Part shown: in pieces, positions 37,707 through 58,904 of the stretch | Layout of the letters: each line of letters opens with the position of its first letter | How positions within the stretch are numbered: the stretch's first letter is position 1 | Assembly: GCA_964016885.1 (NCBI GenBank) | Contig: OZ024749.1 | Span: 1,240,001 to 1,304,000 of the forward strand | Origin: Eledone cirrhosa | Taxonomy: Eukaryota | Direction: 5' to 3' | DNA length: 64,000 nucleotides | The notes under the pieces: generated by a model | Database searches by the model: none | What the model saw: only the letters and a program-made list of their open reading frames with translations | What the model was told of the DNA's origin: nothing | Made by a program: the position numbers and the translations under genes

Positions 37707-38299
37707 TATATATATACACATATATATATATATATATACACATATATATATATATATACACATATATATATATATACACATATATATATATATATACACA
37801 TATATATATATATACACATATATATATATATATACACATATATATATATATATATATATACACATACATATATATATACATACACATATATACACATATA
37901 TACATATATATATACATACACATATATACATATATATATATATATACATACACATATATACATATATATACATACACATATATACATATATATACATATA
38001 TAAATATATATATATACACATATATAAATATATATATATACACATATATAAATATATATATATACACATATATAAATATATATATATACACATATATAAA
38101 TATATATATATACACATATAAAAATATATATATATACACATATAAAAATATATATATATACACATATACATATATATATATATACACACATATATACATA
38201 TATATATATATACAGATATACATATATATACATATATATATATATACACATATATACATATATATACACATATACATATATATATATATACACATATAC

Positions 38300-38366
<67 letters not shown>

Positions 38367-38455
38367 CACATATATATAAATATATATACACATATATACA
38401 TATACATATACACATATATACATATACATATATATATATATATACACATATATAC

Positions 38456-38487
<32 letters not shown>

Positions 38488-38491
38488 ATAC

Positions 38492-38523
<32 letters not shown>

Positions 38524-38537
38524 ATATATATATACAC

Positions 38538-38570
<33 letters not shown>

Positions 38571-39035
38571 CACATATATATATATACACATATATATATA
38601 TATACACATATATATATATACACATATATATATATATACACATATATATATATACACATATATATATATATACACATATATATATATATACATATATATA
38701 TACATATATATATATACATATATATATATACACATATATACATATATATATACATATATATATACACATATATACATATATATACACATATATACATATA
38801 TATATACATATATACATATATATATACATATATATATACACATATATACATATATATATATACACATATATACATATATATATATATACACATATATATA
38901 TATATACACATATATATATACACATATATACATATATATACACATATATACATATATATATATACACATATATACATATATATACACATATATACATATA
39001 TATATATACACATATATACATATATACATGTATAC

Positions 39036-39078
<43 letters not shown>

Positions 39079-39495
39079 CACATATATACATATATACATA
39101 TATACATATATACACATATATACATATATACATATATACACATATATACATATATATATATACACATATATACATATATACATATATATATATATACACA
39201 TATATATATATACACATATATATATATACACATATATATATATACACATATATATATATACACATATATACATATATATATATACACATATATATATATA
39301 CACATATATACATATATATATATACACATATATAAATATATATATATCCACATATATACATATATATATATCCACATATATACATATATATATATCCACA
39401 TATATACATATATATATATCCACATATATACATATATATATATCCACATATATACATATATATATATCCACATATATACATATATATAAATATAC

Positions 39496-39562
<67 letters not shown>

Positions 39563-39565
39563 CAC

Positions 39566-39638
<73 letters not shown>

Positions 39639-39641
39639 CAC

Positions 39642-39692
<51 letters not shown>

Positions 39693-40583
39693 CACATATA
39701 TATATACACATATATATACACACATATATATACACACATATATATATATATACACACATATTTATATATACACATATATATACACACATATATATATATA
39801 TACACACATATTTATATATACACATATATATACACACATATATATATATACACATATATATATATATACACACATATATATATATACACATATATATATA
39901 TACACAGACATATATATATATATATACACATATATATATATACACATATATATATACACATATATATATATACACATATATATATATACATATATATATA
40001 TACATATATATACACATATATATATATATACATATATATATATACATATATATACACATATATATATATATACATATATATATATACATATATATATATA
40101 CATATATATACACATATATACATATATATATACACATATATATACACACATATATATATATATACACATATATATATATATATACACATATATATATATA
40201 TATACACATATATATATATATACACATATATATATATATACACATATATATATATACACATATATATATATATACACATATATATATATACACATATATA
40301 TATACACACATATATATATACACACATATATATATACACACATATATATATACACATATATATATATATATACACATATACATATATATACACATATATA
40401 TATATATACACATATATATACACATATATACATATATATATATATATATATTCACATACACATATATACACATATATACACATATATATATACACATATA
40501 TACACATATATATATATATACACATATATATACATATATATATATACACATATATATACATATATATATATACACATATATAT

Positions 40584-40620
<37 letters not shown>

Positions 40621-41282
40621 TACATATACACATATATATATACACATATACATATATATATACACATATACATATATATATACACATATACATATATACA
40701 CATATACATATATATACACATATATACATATACATATACACATATATACATATACATATACATATACACATACATATACACATATACATATACACATACA
40801 TATACACATATACATATATACATATACACATATACATATACACATACATATATATATACACATATACATATATATATATATACACATATATATATATATA
40901 TATACACATATACATATATACACATATACATATACACATATATACACATATACATATATACACATATACATATACACATACATATATATATACACATATA
41001 CATATATATATAAACATATACTTATATATATACACATATACATATATATATATACACATATATAGACATATATATATATACATATACATATATATATACA
41101 TATATATATACACATATATATATATCTATATATATATATATACATATATATATACACATATATATATATATATATACATATATATATCTATATATATATA
41201 TATACATATATATATACACATATATATATATATATATACATATATATATCTATATATATATATATACATGTATATATATCTA
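35211..41282. repeat. ~6-kb degenerate (TA/CA)n array
   Basis: Direct inspection. Confidence 0.95.
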
Positions 41283-41861
41283 TATGTATCCCAGTACAAC
41301 CTGTCCCATGGTCGGGTCGTTGGCGACTAAACTGGCAACCCCACCAAGGTTTCTTGGTGAGGAGGGTGACTTTGGACATCCTGCAGGACTAAAAACAAAA
41401 CCTGTCAAAGGGCAAAGGAGCTCTTAAGAGTCAATGGCCATCCAAAATCACCGGGAGAGATGACCCCTTAGCCTTTGTCAAGGCAGAATTCTAGGAGAAG
41501 GAAAACTCTGATATAACACCTGCAACCCTGATGGTATCCAATGATGTTGACTTGTTCTTCTTTTTGGTAAATATCATCTTGGTTAAGAGAGTGGGACTGG
41601 CTTTGTGCAGTGCCTTTGCTCACTATAAAAGCTTCACGGCACAGGCATTGCTTTATATCTGGAGATCTCTCTGCGCTTGTCGTCACATGGTACCGTGGGC
41701 CCAGCACTGTGTGTCAGTGGTTGTCACAAGTGTAGTGTTTGTACCAGAGTTTTCAAGTCGCTGGCTGGACTAAAAAGTCACACTCGTTCAGCGCATCGGT
41801 GGGGGTCCTCCTACATGGATATAAAGTAGTGGCCGTACTCGAAAACGAGTTGGCAGCCACC
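41283..41861 (+). mobile_element. ~600-bp non-coding interspersed element, copy 2
   Basis: Near-identical to 1710-2290; lacks the first ~25 bp of copy 1. Confidence 0.7.
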
Positions 41862-42880
<1,019 letters not shown>

Positions 42881-45085
42881 ACTTTGAATAACTTTGAAAT
42901 GTTTTGGCCAGTATTGGCCCAGGCCATGTCTAACTTAATAGCACCACCTGGCGAAGTCTTTCAATTCAGGATTTGGGCACCATGGCCCATTCGAGAAGAG
43001 AATTACTGTTTGCGGAGACATATCCGGGTGTGGGTGGTTTGTCCGGGATTACTTGGAGGAATTTGTCCAAAGACTTCTTGAATTTTGTGTGGTCAGTTTC
43101 TGTTTTGACGTGTCCTGGTGTGATGTTGAAGAGAGCAGGGCCGATTGAGGTGAAATAATTGTGCCGTATTGTTGTTATGAGTTGCGATTTAGATTTTTGA
43201 ATGGGACGGATAGCACGGGGCCCAAGCCTTGGGTGTATCTTGAAGGCGATGCCAACATCATTTGGGCAGTGATGATGGAACATTTTCCACATCATGCAGA
43301 TAATATAACGCTCACGGCGACGTTGGAGTGAGTAAAGTTTCAGGTTTTCTAATCGACCCCAGTAGTCAAGGTCTGACATGCCATCTATCTTTTTGGTGAT
43401 TGCCCTTTGAGGAGCTTCAAGATTCATGATACTTTGTTTCGTGTGGGGAGACCACAGTGGACAACAGTATTCAAGGTGTGGTCGGGCGAAAGTAGAGAAG
43501 AGAAGGATAATGGTGCGGGAATCTCTCGACTGGAAGGTTCTGAGGATCCAGGAACACATTCTGCGGGCCATGTCAACTTTGCTGCTTATATGCGTGGTCC
43601 AGCTTATGTTGCTGTCCACGGTTACTCCCAAGTCTCTGATGTTGTTAGATGCCACGAGAGTTTCCCCGGAGGGAAGGGAGTACGGGAGTTTCAGAGCATC
43701 CTCTTTTCCAAAGTGGATCAGTTCGAATTTGTCTTCGTTCAGTAACATGTTCTTTTCTGCCCATTGGGTAACAGCCAGTAGGTCTGACTGAAGGCTTATC
43801 CGGTCATCCACGCCATTGATGACCTTTTGGAGCTTGGAATCATCAGCGAAAATTTTAATGTTGCTGTGTTTGATGATGTCAGTGATGTCATTAATATAGA
43901 TGATGAAGAGAAGTGGGCCCAACACAGTGCCTTGTGGGACCCCACTACTGACTTTGGCTGGGCTTGATTTGACTCCCTCAACTACATGTTGGGTTCTGTT
44001 TGACAGGAAGCTCTTGATCCACTGCAGCAGCTTTCCAGTGACACCAATATTGGACAGCTTTCTCAGTAGAATGTTATGATCAATCCTGTCAAAGGCCTTG
44101 CTGAAATCAAGGTAGATAACATCAGTGTTGGAACCCTCTCCCAAGGCTCTCAAAATGTCATCAAAGTGATGCAGTAGCTGCGTCAGGCAATCCCTTCCAT
44201 TACGGAATCCATGCTGGTTAGAGTTCAGCATATTGTTACTCTCAAGGAAGTGGGTCATTCGCGATCTCACCACTCGCTCAAATACCTTAATGATATGAGA
44301 GGTGAGTGAGATTGGACGGTAATTCACGGCACGGGATTTGTTTCCCTTTTTGAAAACTGGGACAACAGACTGGGATAGAAGGTTTTCTGGCACATATCCA
44401 GCATCCAGTGAGTTCCGCCACAGATTGGCAAGAGGAGATGCAAGTTGGTGTTGACACGCCTTCAAGACACAAGCAGGGAACCTATCGGGACCTACTGCTG
44501 AATTATGCTTGATTTCCTTTATTGCCGCCAAGACATCAGGGGCGCCAAACGTTATGTCTGATAAGGTGTAATGGGGAGTAACATCGCCGATACAGCCTAG
44601 ATCGGCCATATCAGGATTGCTGAAAACAGAGCAGTATTGTTTCTGCAGTATCTCACCCATGGTTTTAGCATTGTCTTGAAGAGTGCCATTTTCATCAATT
44701 AGAGGGCCAACAGTAGAGCAAGTGATTTTGTGTTTTTTTGCAAATGAAAAGAACACTTTGGGATTGAGTTTGATCTTCTCAATGGCCCAGGCCTCTTCAG
44801 CTCTTCTCTGATTGTTGATGAGGGACATTATGTTGTTTTGGAGGTTATGTTTTTTAATCTCTACTGATGAAATGGCAGTCAAGTTGATGTGTTGCTGCTG
44901 ACAGTATTTCAGCTTGTTGATTTTTTTGTTCGTTCTCTTAATTTTTCTGATGAGCGTTTTTCTATTTCTAGGGATTCTGCTCTTAGATTTGTTTATATTT
45001 CTTAATGGGGTGTGTTTAGCACATATGTTTGTAACAGTGTCCACAAATGTCTGCCAGGACTTTTTGATGTTAGTGGGTGTATGAG
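42881..45085 (-). mobile_element. 5'-truncated CR1-group LINE with an open RT frame (stop at 42966) and (TTCAAAGTTA) tail
   Basis: [55 protein letters not shown]. Confidence 0.9.
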
Positions 45086-51810
<6,725 letters not shown>

Positions 51811-52170
51811 CATCATACACACAGATGTACACACATACATATACATCACACACACAGATGTACACACATACATATACATTACACACACAGATGTACACAC
51901 ATACATATACATCACACACACAGATGTACACACATACATATACATCACACACACAGATGTACACACATACATATACATATATACATCACACACACAGATG
52001 TACACACATATACATCACACACACAGATGTACACACATACATATACATATATACATCACACACACAGATGTACACACATACATATACATCACACACACAG
52101 ATGTACACACATACATATACATATATACATCACACACACAGATGTATATATATATATATATACATCAACT
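51811..52170. repeat. ~32-38-bp minisatellite (cacacacacagatgtacacacatacatatacat)
   Basis: About 10 recurrences of acagatgta. Confidence 0.9.
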
Positions 52171-52221
52171 GTCACACCACATACATCAACACACACACAT
52201 ACATACATACGTCTGTATATA

Positions 52222-52222
52222 T

Positions 52223-52313
<91 letters not shown>

Positions 52314-52320
52314 GAGAGAG
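52222..52320. repeat. (GA)n/(GACA)n microsatellite
   Basis: Direct inspection. Confidence 0.95.
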
Positions 52321-52489
52321 GGGATGCAGAATATAGTTAAGAAATGGGGGAGAGATAAAAAGCTGTAATGATGGTCATTGATGATGAAATGTGTGAAATA
52401 TGAAGATTTCTTTCCTCGGTGGATGTTCCTCGTTCAGTGGAAATACCGACATATCTCGGAATATCTCCAGTCTTTCAAACTGGCAATAT

Positions 52490-52840
52490 ATGTGTGTGTG
52501 TGTGTGTGACTGTGTGTATGTCTTTATGTGTCTGCGTGTGTGACTGTGTATATGTCTGCATGTATGTGTCTGCGTGTGTGACTGTGTGTATGTCTGTCTG
52601 TATGTGTGTGTGTGCGTGTGTGACTGTGTGTATGTCTATGTGTGTGTATGTATGTATGTATGTATGTCTGAGTTTGTGTCTATGTGTGTGAGTATGACAG
52701 TGTATGTCTGTGTGTGTATGACCGAGTGTGAGTGTGTATGACCGAGTGTGAGTGTGTATGACAGTGTGTGTGTGTCTATGACTGTGTGGGTGTGTATGAC
52801 TGTGTGTATGACTGTGTCAGTGTATGTCTGACTGAGTGTG
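52490..52840. repeat. degenerate (TG)n-rich repeat
   Basis: Direct inspection. Confidence 0.9.
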
Positions 52841-53422
52841 ATGTTATTTGATTTTCTATCTTTCTAATTTATATAATCGCTATAGTTGACATTGCTAAGA
52901 AAGGCCGAGATCGAAATATTTAAATGTTAAGAAAATGATATAGACGGATGAATGAAGTAATAATGAAGATAATATTAATAGAGAAAGACGGCAGTGTAGA
53001 ATTATAAGGAAGGTAATATAGAGATAAGAAGAGGAATTATAATGATAATATAGAGAAGAGACTGGAATCGATGTATGACAGATGAAAGAAATGTCATTTA
53101 CATTAACAATGTAAGAGAGAAGACTCCCATGGCCGAACTGGAGAGTATTATTATTAACACCACTTGACTTTATATTAACATTACAACATTATCATGTCAG
53201 TAAATAACTCAACATCGGAGATGAAGAAGGGACCCCACAGTTTATCTATGAAACGATGTGGTTTACAAATGAATTCCTAATAAAATTTGTCGATTATAAT
53301 GACATTAAAAAATGACAAAAGAAGAGAGAAGATAAAATATAATTAAATGGGAAAATGGTTTAACAATCTCCACCTTTACATGTAATGACAAGAAATGTTA
53401 GATTTATAATTTAGATATATCA

Positions 53423-53518
<96 letters not shown>

Positions 53519-53599
53519 CTAAAGCAGTAAAAGTTGGTAGTAGAGGGCCACAAATAGTGTAATAAATATAATTTTTTATGTGAAAATGCCACGGTAAAA

Positions 53600-53700
53600 C
53601 CACTTGGGCTTCTCTCACAGTCTGTCGGTGTGTGTGTCTGTGTGTATGTCGCCACGTCCCGAGCCTCGCCTTAATTGCACGCATGCGTCACAAGCAAAGG
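53600..53700 (-). promoter_or_regulatory. Candidate Rab6 promoter / 5' UTR
   Basis: CpG-rich patch just upstream of the ATG, including gcacgcatgcgtca (NRF1-like); position-based inference only. Confidence 0.35.
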
Positions 53701-53859
53701 AAGCAGTCTACTGCATTTCAACTACTAGACTATCTCTCATTTCTTCATTTACTCGCTTAATTTCACTAGAAGATGGCTTTTGTGGTTGCTTTACAGCAAG
53801 TCCTGTAAGGGGACAACGTAATAATCTCTTTTATTCACAGTTGTAGAAAAAGTATAACT

Positions 53860-53966
53860 GTTTCTACTTTTGGCACAAGGCCAGCAATTACTCAGTGTAT
53901 TACTGATAATTTATTTTATCGACCATGTAAGGCTAAAAGGCAAAGTCAACCTCGCAGGATTTGAAA
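53860..53966 (-). mobile_element. Old SINE fragment
   Basis: ggcacaaggccagcaatt...tttatcgacc...aaaggcaaagtcaacctcg; related to 62660-62865. Confidence 0.55.
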
Positions 53967-54338
53967 AATATAATAATATAATGATTACAGAACGAAAACA
54001 CAAACAAATATAATATAAACAAAAGAAAGGGAAAAGGAAAATAAGAAAGAGAAAAAAGGTAGGCGAAAGGGGCGGACAAACGAAGAACTACCAGAGCAAA
54101 AGATAATATCGCGAGGCGCCTGGGAAACCTCATTATAGATCAGGCGTGGGAAACCTTTTTCGAGCAGTGGGCCGCATAGCATGTCGCTCGTCATAAGACG
54201 GACCGCACCACCAACAAAATTCAAAGCAATTTTGAAATTAGGCGTACCATTCAGAAAACCAAATGAACAGCGGTTTACCCATGACTGCTACAGATACATG
54301 TTACTGTGTGTGTGTGTGTGCGTGTGTGTATTTCTTAT

Positions 54339-54410
<72 letters not shown>

Positions 54411-54412
<2 letters not shown>

Positions 54413-54590
54413 GAAGTAATTTCGTCTGAAAGATACAGGAAAAAAGAGGTGGTTTTTTCAAACCCATATTTAATAAAAACACCATGTTTCTTTATTCATT
54501 CTGACGACTGAAAACAGATACAAGATCTGCTTTCAAAAAACCACTGGTAAATGAAACAATTATCTTATGTTGTTTATTACATAACTATAT
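54411..54590 (+). mobile_element. Hammerhead element family C, copy 1 (core GAAA>AAAA, probably inactive)
   Basis: 54495-54555: ttcatt-CTGACGA-c-tgaaaacagat..atctgctttca-a-AAAAC-cactg-GTA-aatgaa; homologous to 56380-56490. Confidence 0.7.
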
Positions 54591-54806
54591 ATATATATAT
54601 AAGTATGTAGACGTACATACATATATGTATACAGACGTACAGTAGTATGTATATATATATACATACATGCACACATATATATATATGTACGTATGGATTC
54701 ACCGAACATTTATTATAATGCTAGGTGTGTTTGTAAACAAACATCCCGTATTAAGCCGTAGTGTCCAGCAACAATCGTTGCTCGTTTGTTCAACACTGAC
54801 AAAGGA

Positions 54807-54849
54807 ACGCTGTACTAGTTTCAAGCTTATTAGCTATCGTCAGCAACGT
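54807..54849 (-). ncRNA. Minimal type-I hammerhead (family D)
   Basis: ACGUUG-CUGACGA-u-AGCU-aaua-AGCU-u-GAAAC-ua-GUA-CAGCGU. Confidence 0.8.
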
Positions 54850-54977
54850 ATACCTTCCTGCCAGATTGTTGAACGTATATACCTACCTTATGCATATTAA
54901 CGGCTGAGTAGCCCAATTTGCATATCGAGTGGGTTAATCGGCCGGGTGCACCGAAAACGATAAACGGAGGATGGTAT

Positions 54978-55020
54978 ACGTTGCTGACGATAGCTAATAA
55001 GCTTGAAACTAGTACAGCGT
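54978..55020 (+). ncRNA. Minimal type-I hammerhead (family D)
   Basis: acgttg-CTGACGA-t-agct aata agct-t-GAAAC-ta-GTA-cagcgt. Confidence 0.8.
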
Positions 55021-55391
55021 TCCTTTGTCAGTGTTGAACAAACAAGCAACGATGGTTGCTGGACACTACGGCTTAATACGGGATGTTTGTTTACAAACAC
55101 CGAGCATTATAATAAATGTTCGGTGAATCCATACGTACATATATATATGTGTGCATGTATGTATATATATATAGACATACTACTGTACGTCTGTATACAT
55201 ATATGTATGTACGTCTTTATATTTAAGTAACAGCCGTACTAAGAGTGGGAAATGAAATTTCCTTTCATTTTTTCCATTTATCGTTTTCGGTGCACCCGGC
55301 CGATTAACCCACTCGATATGCAAATTGGGCTACTCAGCCGTTAATATGCATAAGGTAAGTATATACATTCAACAATCTGGCAGGAAGGTAT

Positions 55392-55434
55392 ACGTTGCTG
55401 ATGATAGCTAATAAGCTTGAAACTAGTACAGCGT
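55392..55434 (+). ncRNA. Minimal type-I hammerhead (family D)
   Basis: Same motif with a CTGATGA core. Confidence 0.8.
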
Positions 55435-55809
55435 TCCTTTGTCAGTGTTGAACAAACGAGCAACGATGGTTGCTGGACACTACGACTTAATACGGGATGT
55501 TTGTTTACAAACACACCGAGCATTATAATAAATGTTCGGTGAATCCATACGTACATATATATGTGTGCATGTATGTATATATATATACATACTACTGTAC
55601 GTCTGTATACATATATGTATGTACGTCTACATACTTATATTTAAGTAACAGCGATACTAAGAGTGGGAAATGAAATTTCCTTTCATTTTTTCTGTTTATC
55701 GTTTTCGGTGCACCCGGCCGATTAACCCACTCGATATGCAAATTGGGCTACTCAGCCGTTAATATGCATAAGGTAGGTATATACGTTCAACAATCTGGCA
55801 GGAAGGTAT

Positions 55810-55852
55810 ACATTGCTGACGATAGCTAATAAGCTTGAAACTAGTACACCGT
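55810..55852 (+). ncRNA. Minimal type-I hammerhead (family D, helix I weakened)
   Basis: Core intact; helix I is acattg/caccgt. Confidence 0.65.
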
Positions 55853-56116
55853 TCCTTTGTCAGTGTTGAACAAACGAGCAACGATGGTTGCTGGACACTA
55901 CGGCTTAATACGGGATGTTTGTTTACAAACACACCGAGCATTATAATAAATGTTCGGTGAATCCATACGTACATATATATATGTGTGCATGTATGTATAT
56001 ATATATACATACTACTGTACGTCTGTATACATATATGTATGTACGTCTACATACTTATATTTAAGTAACAGCGATACTAAGAGTGGGAAATGAAATTTCC
56101 TTTCATTTTTTCCGTT

Positions 56117-56151
<35 letters not shown>

Positions 56152-56164
56152 GTATATATGTGTG

Positions 56165-56248
<84 letters not shown>

Positions 56249-56397
56249 TGTATGTATATGTGCGTGTGTGTACGCATGTGTGTTTATCTACTTTTATATT
56301 TATTCTTTTTCCTTTCCTTCTTCCTTTTCCAGCCTCACTTTCATATAGATTATATTTTTGTTTTTAAAATCCACTGTCAATAAATACACCAGGATTT

Positions 56398-56458
56398 TTT
56401 CATTCTGATGACTGAAAGCAATTTTTGTTTGCTTTCAAGAAACCACTGGTAAATGAAA
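56398..56458 (+). ncRNA. Type-I hammerhead ribozyme (family C, copy 2)
   Basis: tttcatt-CTGATGA-c-tgaaagcaa..ttgctttca-a-GAAAC-cactg-GTA-aatgaaa; 7-bp helix I. Confidence 0.8.
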
Positions 56459-56514
56459 TAATTATCTTATGTTGTTTATTACATAACTATGTATATATAG
56501 AGATAGATAGATAG

Positions 56515-56966
56515 ATATGTTTCTTTTATTTGCCACAAGGGCATCAAAAGTGGGACAAGTACAATGGGGGAGTTTACAAAACAAGGCGTCCTCAATAGGG
56601 AGGAGGCAATAACAATATATAAAAATAAAATAAAATATAACAAAAAATAGAATTATAACAAAATCCTCAATAGAGGATTTTGTTACAAAATATAACAAAA
56701 AATATAATTTATAACAAAATCCTCAATAGAGAGGAGGCGCCTTGGGGGGTCGCACACACCCCCGAAAAAAGTGTGCAACCCTTTTCCTCAGGAGCACAGA
56801 GAGGGGGTGCTCCCTCGTTCCTTCCTCTTTTCCACCTACAGGCTCATGTAAAGAGAAGGCCCATTCACACGGGCCATTCTCGCCACTTTCACCCACCTTT
56901 CATAAAAACGACTGGGGTGCAGCACCTCTCTCTCCATCCTGATCCTTCTTCCGAAATGATATCGGT
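56515..56966 (-). mobile_element. Probable Tx1/L1-type LINE 3' end inserted in (GATA)n
   Basis: Minus strand YHFGRRIRMEREVLHPSRFYERWVKVARMARV..*, T-rich UTR, AATAAA just before the end; (AGAT)n on both flanks. Confidence 0.55.
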
Positions 56967-57044
56967 AGAGATAGATAGATAGATAGATAGATATATGTGT
57001 GTGTGTGTGTTATCATCTTTACAGGGTCAATAAAATATATATAT

Positions 57045-57944
57045 GTAGTGAGTGTCCGCTGGATACTAGCTCCTTCAACTGCCCAGATGGTTCTATAGAA
57101 ATAGTAGACACTTTCTGTTACCTGGGTGACAAAATCGGCAGTGGAGGAGGGTGCTCTGAAAGTGTAGTAGCCAGAGTTAGAACAGGATGGAAAAAGTTCA
57201 GAGTGCTAATACTGCTGTTGGCCACAAGGGGTTTTTCTCTAAAAATGAAAGGCAGATTGTATGATGTATGTATATGAATGGCGATATTACATGGTAGTGA
57301 GACCTGGTTTGCATAGATTAGAAAGAAACGAAGCTTGCATGCTCTGATGGATGTGTAATAGTAATGTACGTGAATGGCAAAGCATAAACTAATTGAGAGA
57401 GAGACTAAACATAAGAGGTATCAAATGTTGTGTGCAGGAGAGGGGATTACGTTGGTATGGTTATGAGATGCATATGAAGGACGACAGATGTATAAAAAAA
57501 TGCAGAGCAATCAAAATTGATGGAATTTCGGACTGGTTAAACCAAAGAAAACCTGGGATAAGGTGATAAAAACTGACCTTGCTCCCTTACACTAAGACAA
57601 TGTCACTGGATCGAGATCTTTGGCGCCATGAGTTATAAAGAAGACCTGCCTTCCCTTACATACGAACTTAAACCTACTCTCAGTAGGTACCTCTTAACCC
57701 AATATACCTCAACACACCCTACCCCATCCTCCCATCTCCGTCCACTGTAAAATGGTCGTGTAGGAGATCCAGTAAAAAGCCTCCTGTAAATGTAGTTAGT
57801 GTTAGGAAGGGCATCCAGCCATAGAAGTCCTTCCAGAAACAGTTCTGTATGAGCGAGACATGGTCACCTGACCAATTTCGCAAGTTGGACAAAACTGTCC
57901 AACCCATGCTAGCGTGGAAGATGGACGTTAATCAATGATGATGA

Positions 57945-57948
<4 letters not shown>
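57045..57948 (+). mobile_element. Degenerate RTE LINE 3' fragment
   Basis: EIVDTFCYLGDKIGSGGGCSESVVARVRTGWKKF; 3' UTR motif and (GAT)n tail. Confidence 0.9.
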
Positions 57949-57985
<37 letters not shown>

Positions 57986-57989
57986 TATA

Positions 57990-58873
57990 CGAGGTGTGTC
58001 AGAAAAGTTCCAGGACTGATGTCACAAAAGATTTATTTCAAACCCAAACTTCACACTAAGTGTTTTCTCCTTCAAATTAATCCCCCTGGAGTCTAATGCA
58101 CTTTTCAATCCTTTTCTGCCACGCTTACATGCACTCCTGGAAGGAGTCTTCCGGGATCCTCCGCAGTTACGTCGTCACGGCCTTTTTGATGTCGTCGAGA
58201 TCTTCAAAACAGATCCCCTCTGGGTCGTACTCGAAGATCCATGACTCATCACCAGTGATGACTGTCCCTAGCAAGTCTGGTTTGATTTCAAGACACTCGA
58301 GGATGTCCTGGCACACTTGCATGTGTCGACCCTTCTGGTCATCGTTCCACAGGTTTGGCACCATCTTTGCGCAGACTTTCCGCATGTCCAAATCTTCAGT
58401 GAGAATCTTCCAGACACTGTCCCGATTCATGCCCAGCTCATTTGCCATCAGTCGAACAGTCAGCCGACGATCGCTACTCACCATCTGCCTGACGCGCTCA
58501 GCGTTGACCTCAGTCCTGGTTGTTGAAGGCCTTCCGCTCCTGGGGTCATCTTCCATGTCCTTGTGTCCTTCTTTAAACCTCTTGCACCACTCAAAAACAC
58601 GTGCTGCAGCAATCTTAGTGCTTCTGACGGCGTTTTCCCCAACCGTACCAGAAACTTCAAGTTTGTTCATTGCTCTGTGCTCATTGCTTGACGACCTGAA
58701 ACAGGACGTGTATATAAAATTATGAAGAAAAAAGTTTGATCGCTGCAGAGAGCTAAGATTACAGTTACATACTCTCGGGGGATTACTTTGAAGGAGAAAA
58801 CTCTTAGTGTTAAGTTTGGGTTTGAAATAAATCTTTTGTGACATCAGTCCTGGAACTTTTCTGACACACCTCG
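57990..58873 (-). mobile_element. Internally deleted mariner (Tc1/mariner) transposon
   Basis: TA flanks; TIR cgaggtgtgtcagaaaagttccaggactg; transposase motifs EDDPRSGRP, KVCAKMVP, ITGDESWIFEYDPE, then a deletion. Confidence 0.92.
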
Positions 58874-58904
58874 TATATATATATGTATATATATATATAT
58901 ATAT

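Larger units (their letters stand above)
54599..56117. mobile_element. Retrozyme/Penelope-pLTR-like array (family D): one inverted unit plus ~2.7 tandem ~418-bp units
   Basis: 54599-54968 is inverted relative to the tandem copies at 54970-56117; one hammerhead per unit. Confidence 0.85.

Noticed and set aside
53071-53081. atgtatgacag resembling Rab6 exon 2 (MYDS)
   Set aside because: Wrong strand and the flanking codons do not match
53985-54250. CpG-rich segment with a 79-aa ORF
   Set aside because: No recognisable motif; may be regulatory or an element remnant but cannot be supported
54667-56010. Four repeated ~70-80-aa ORFs (MYVWIHRTF...)
   Set aside because: Antisense to the ribozyme strand, start in microsatellite and have no recognisable domain; repetition reflects the DNA repeat
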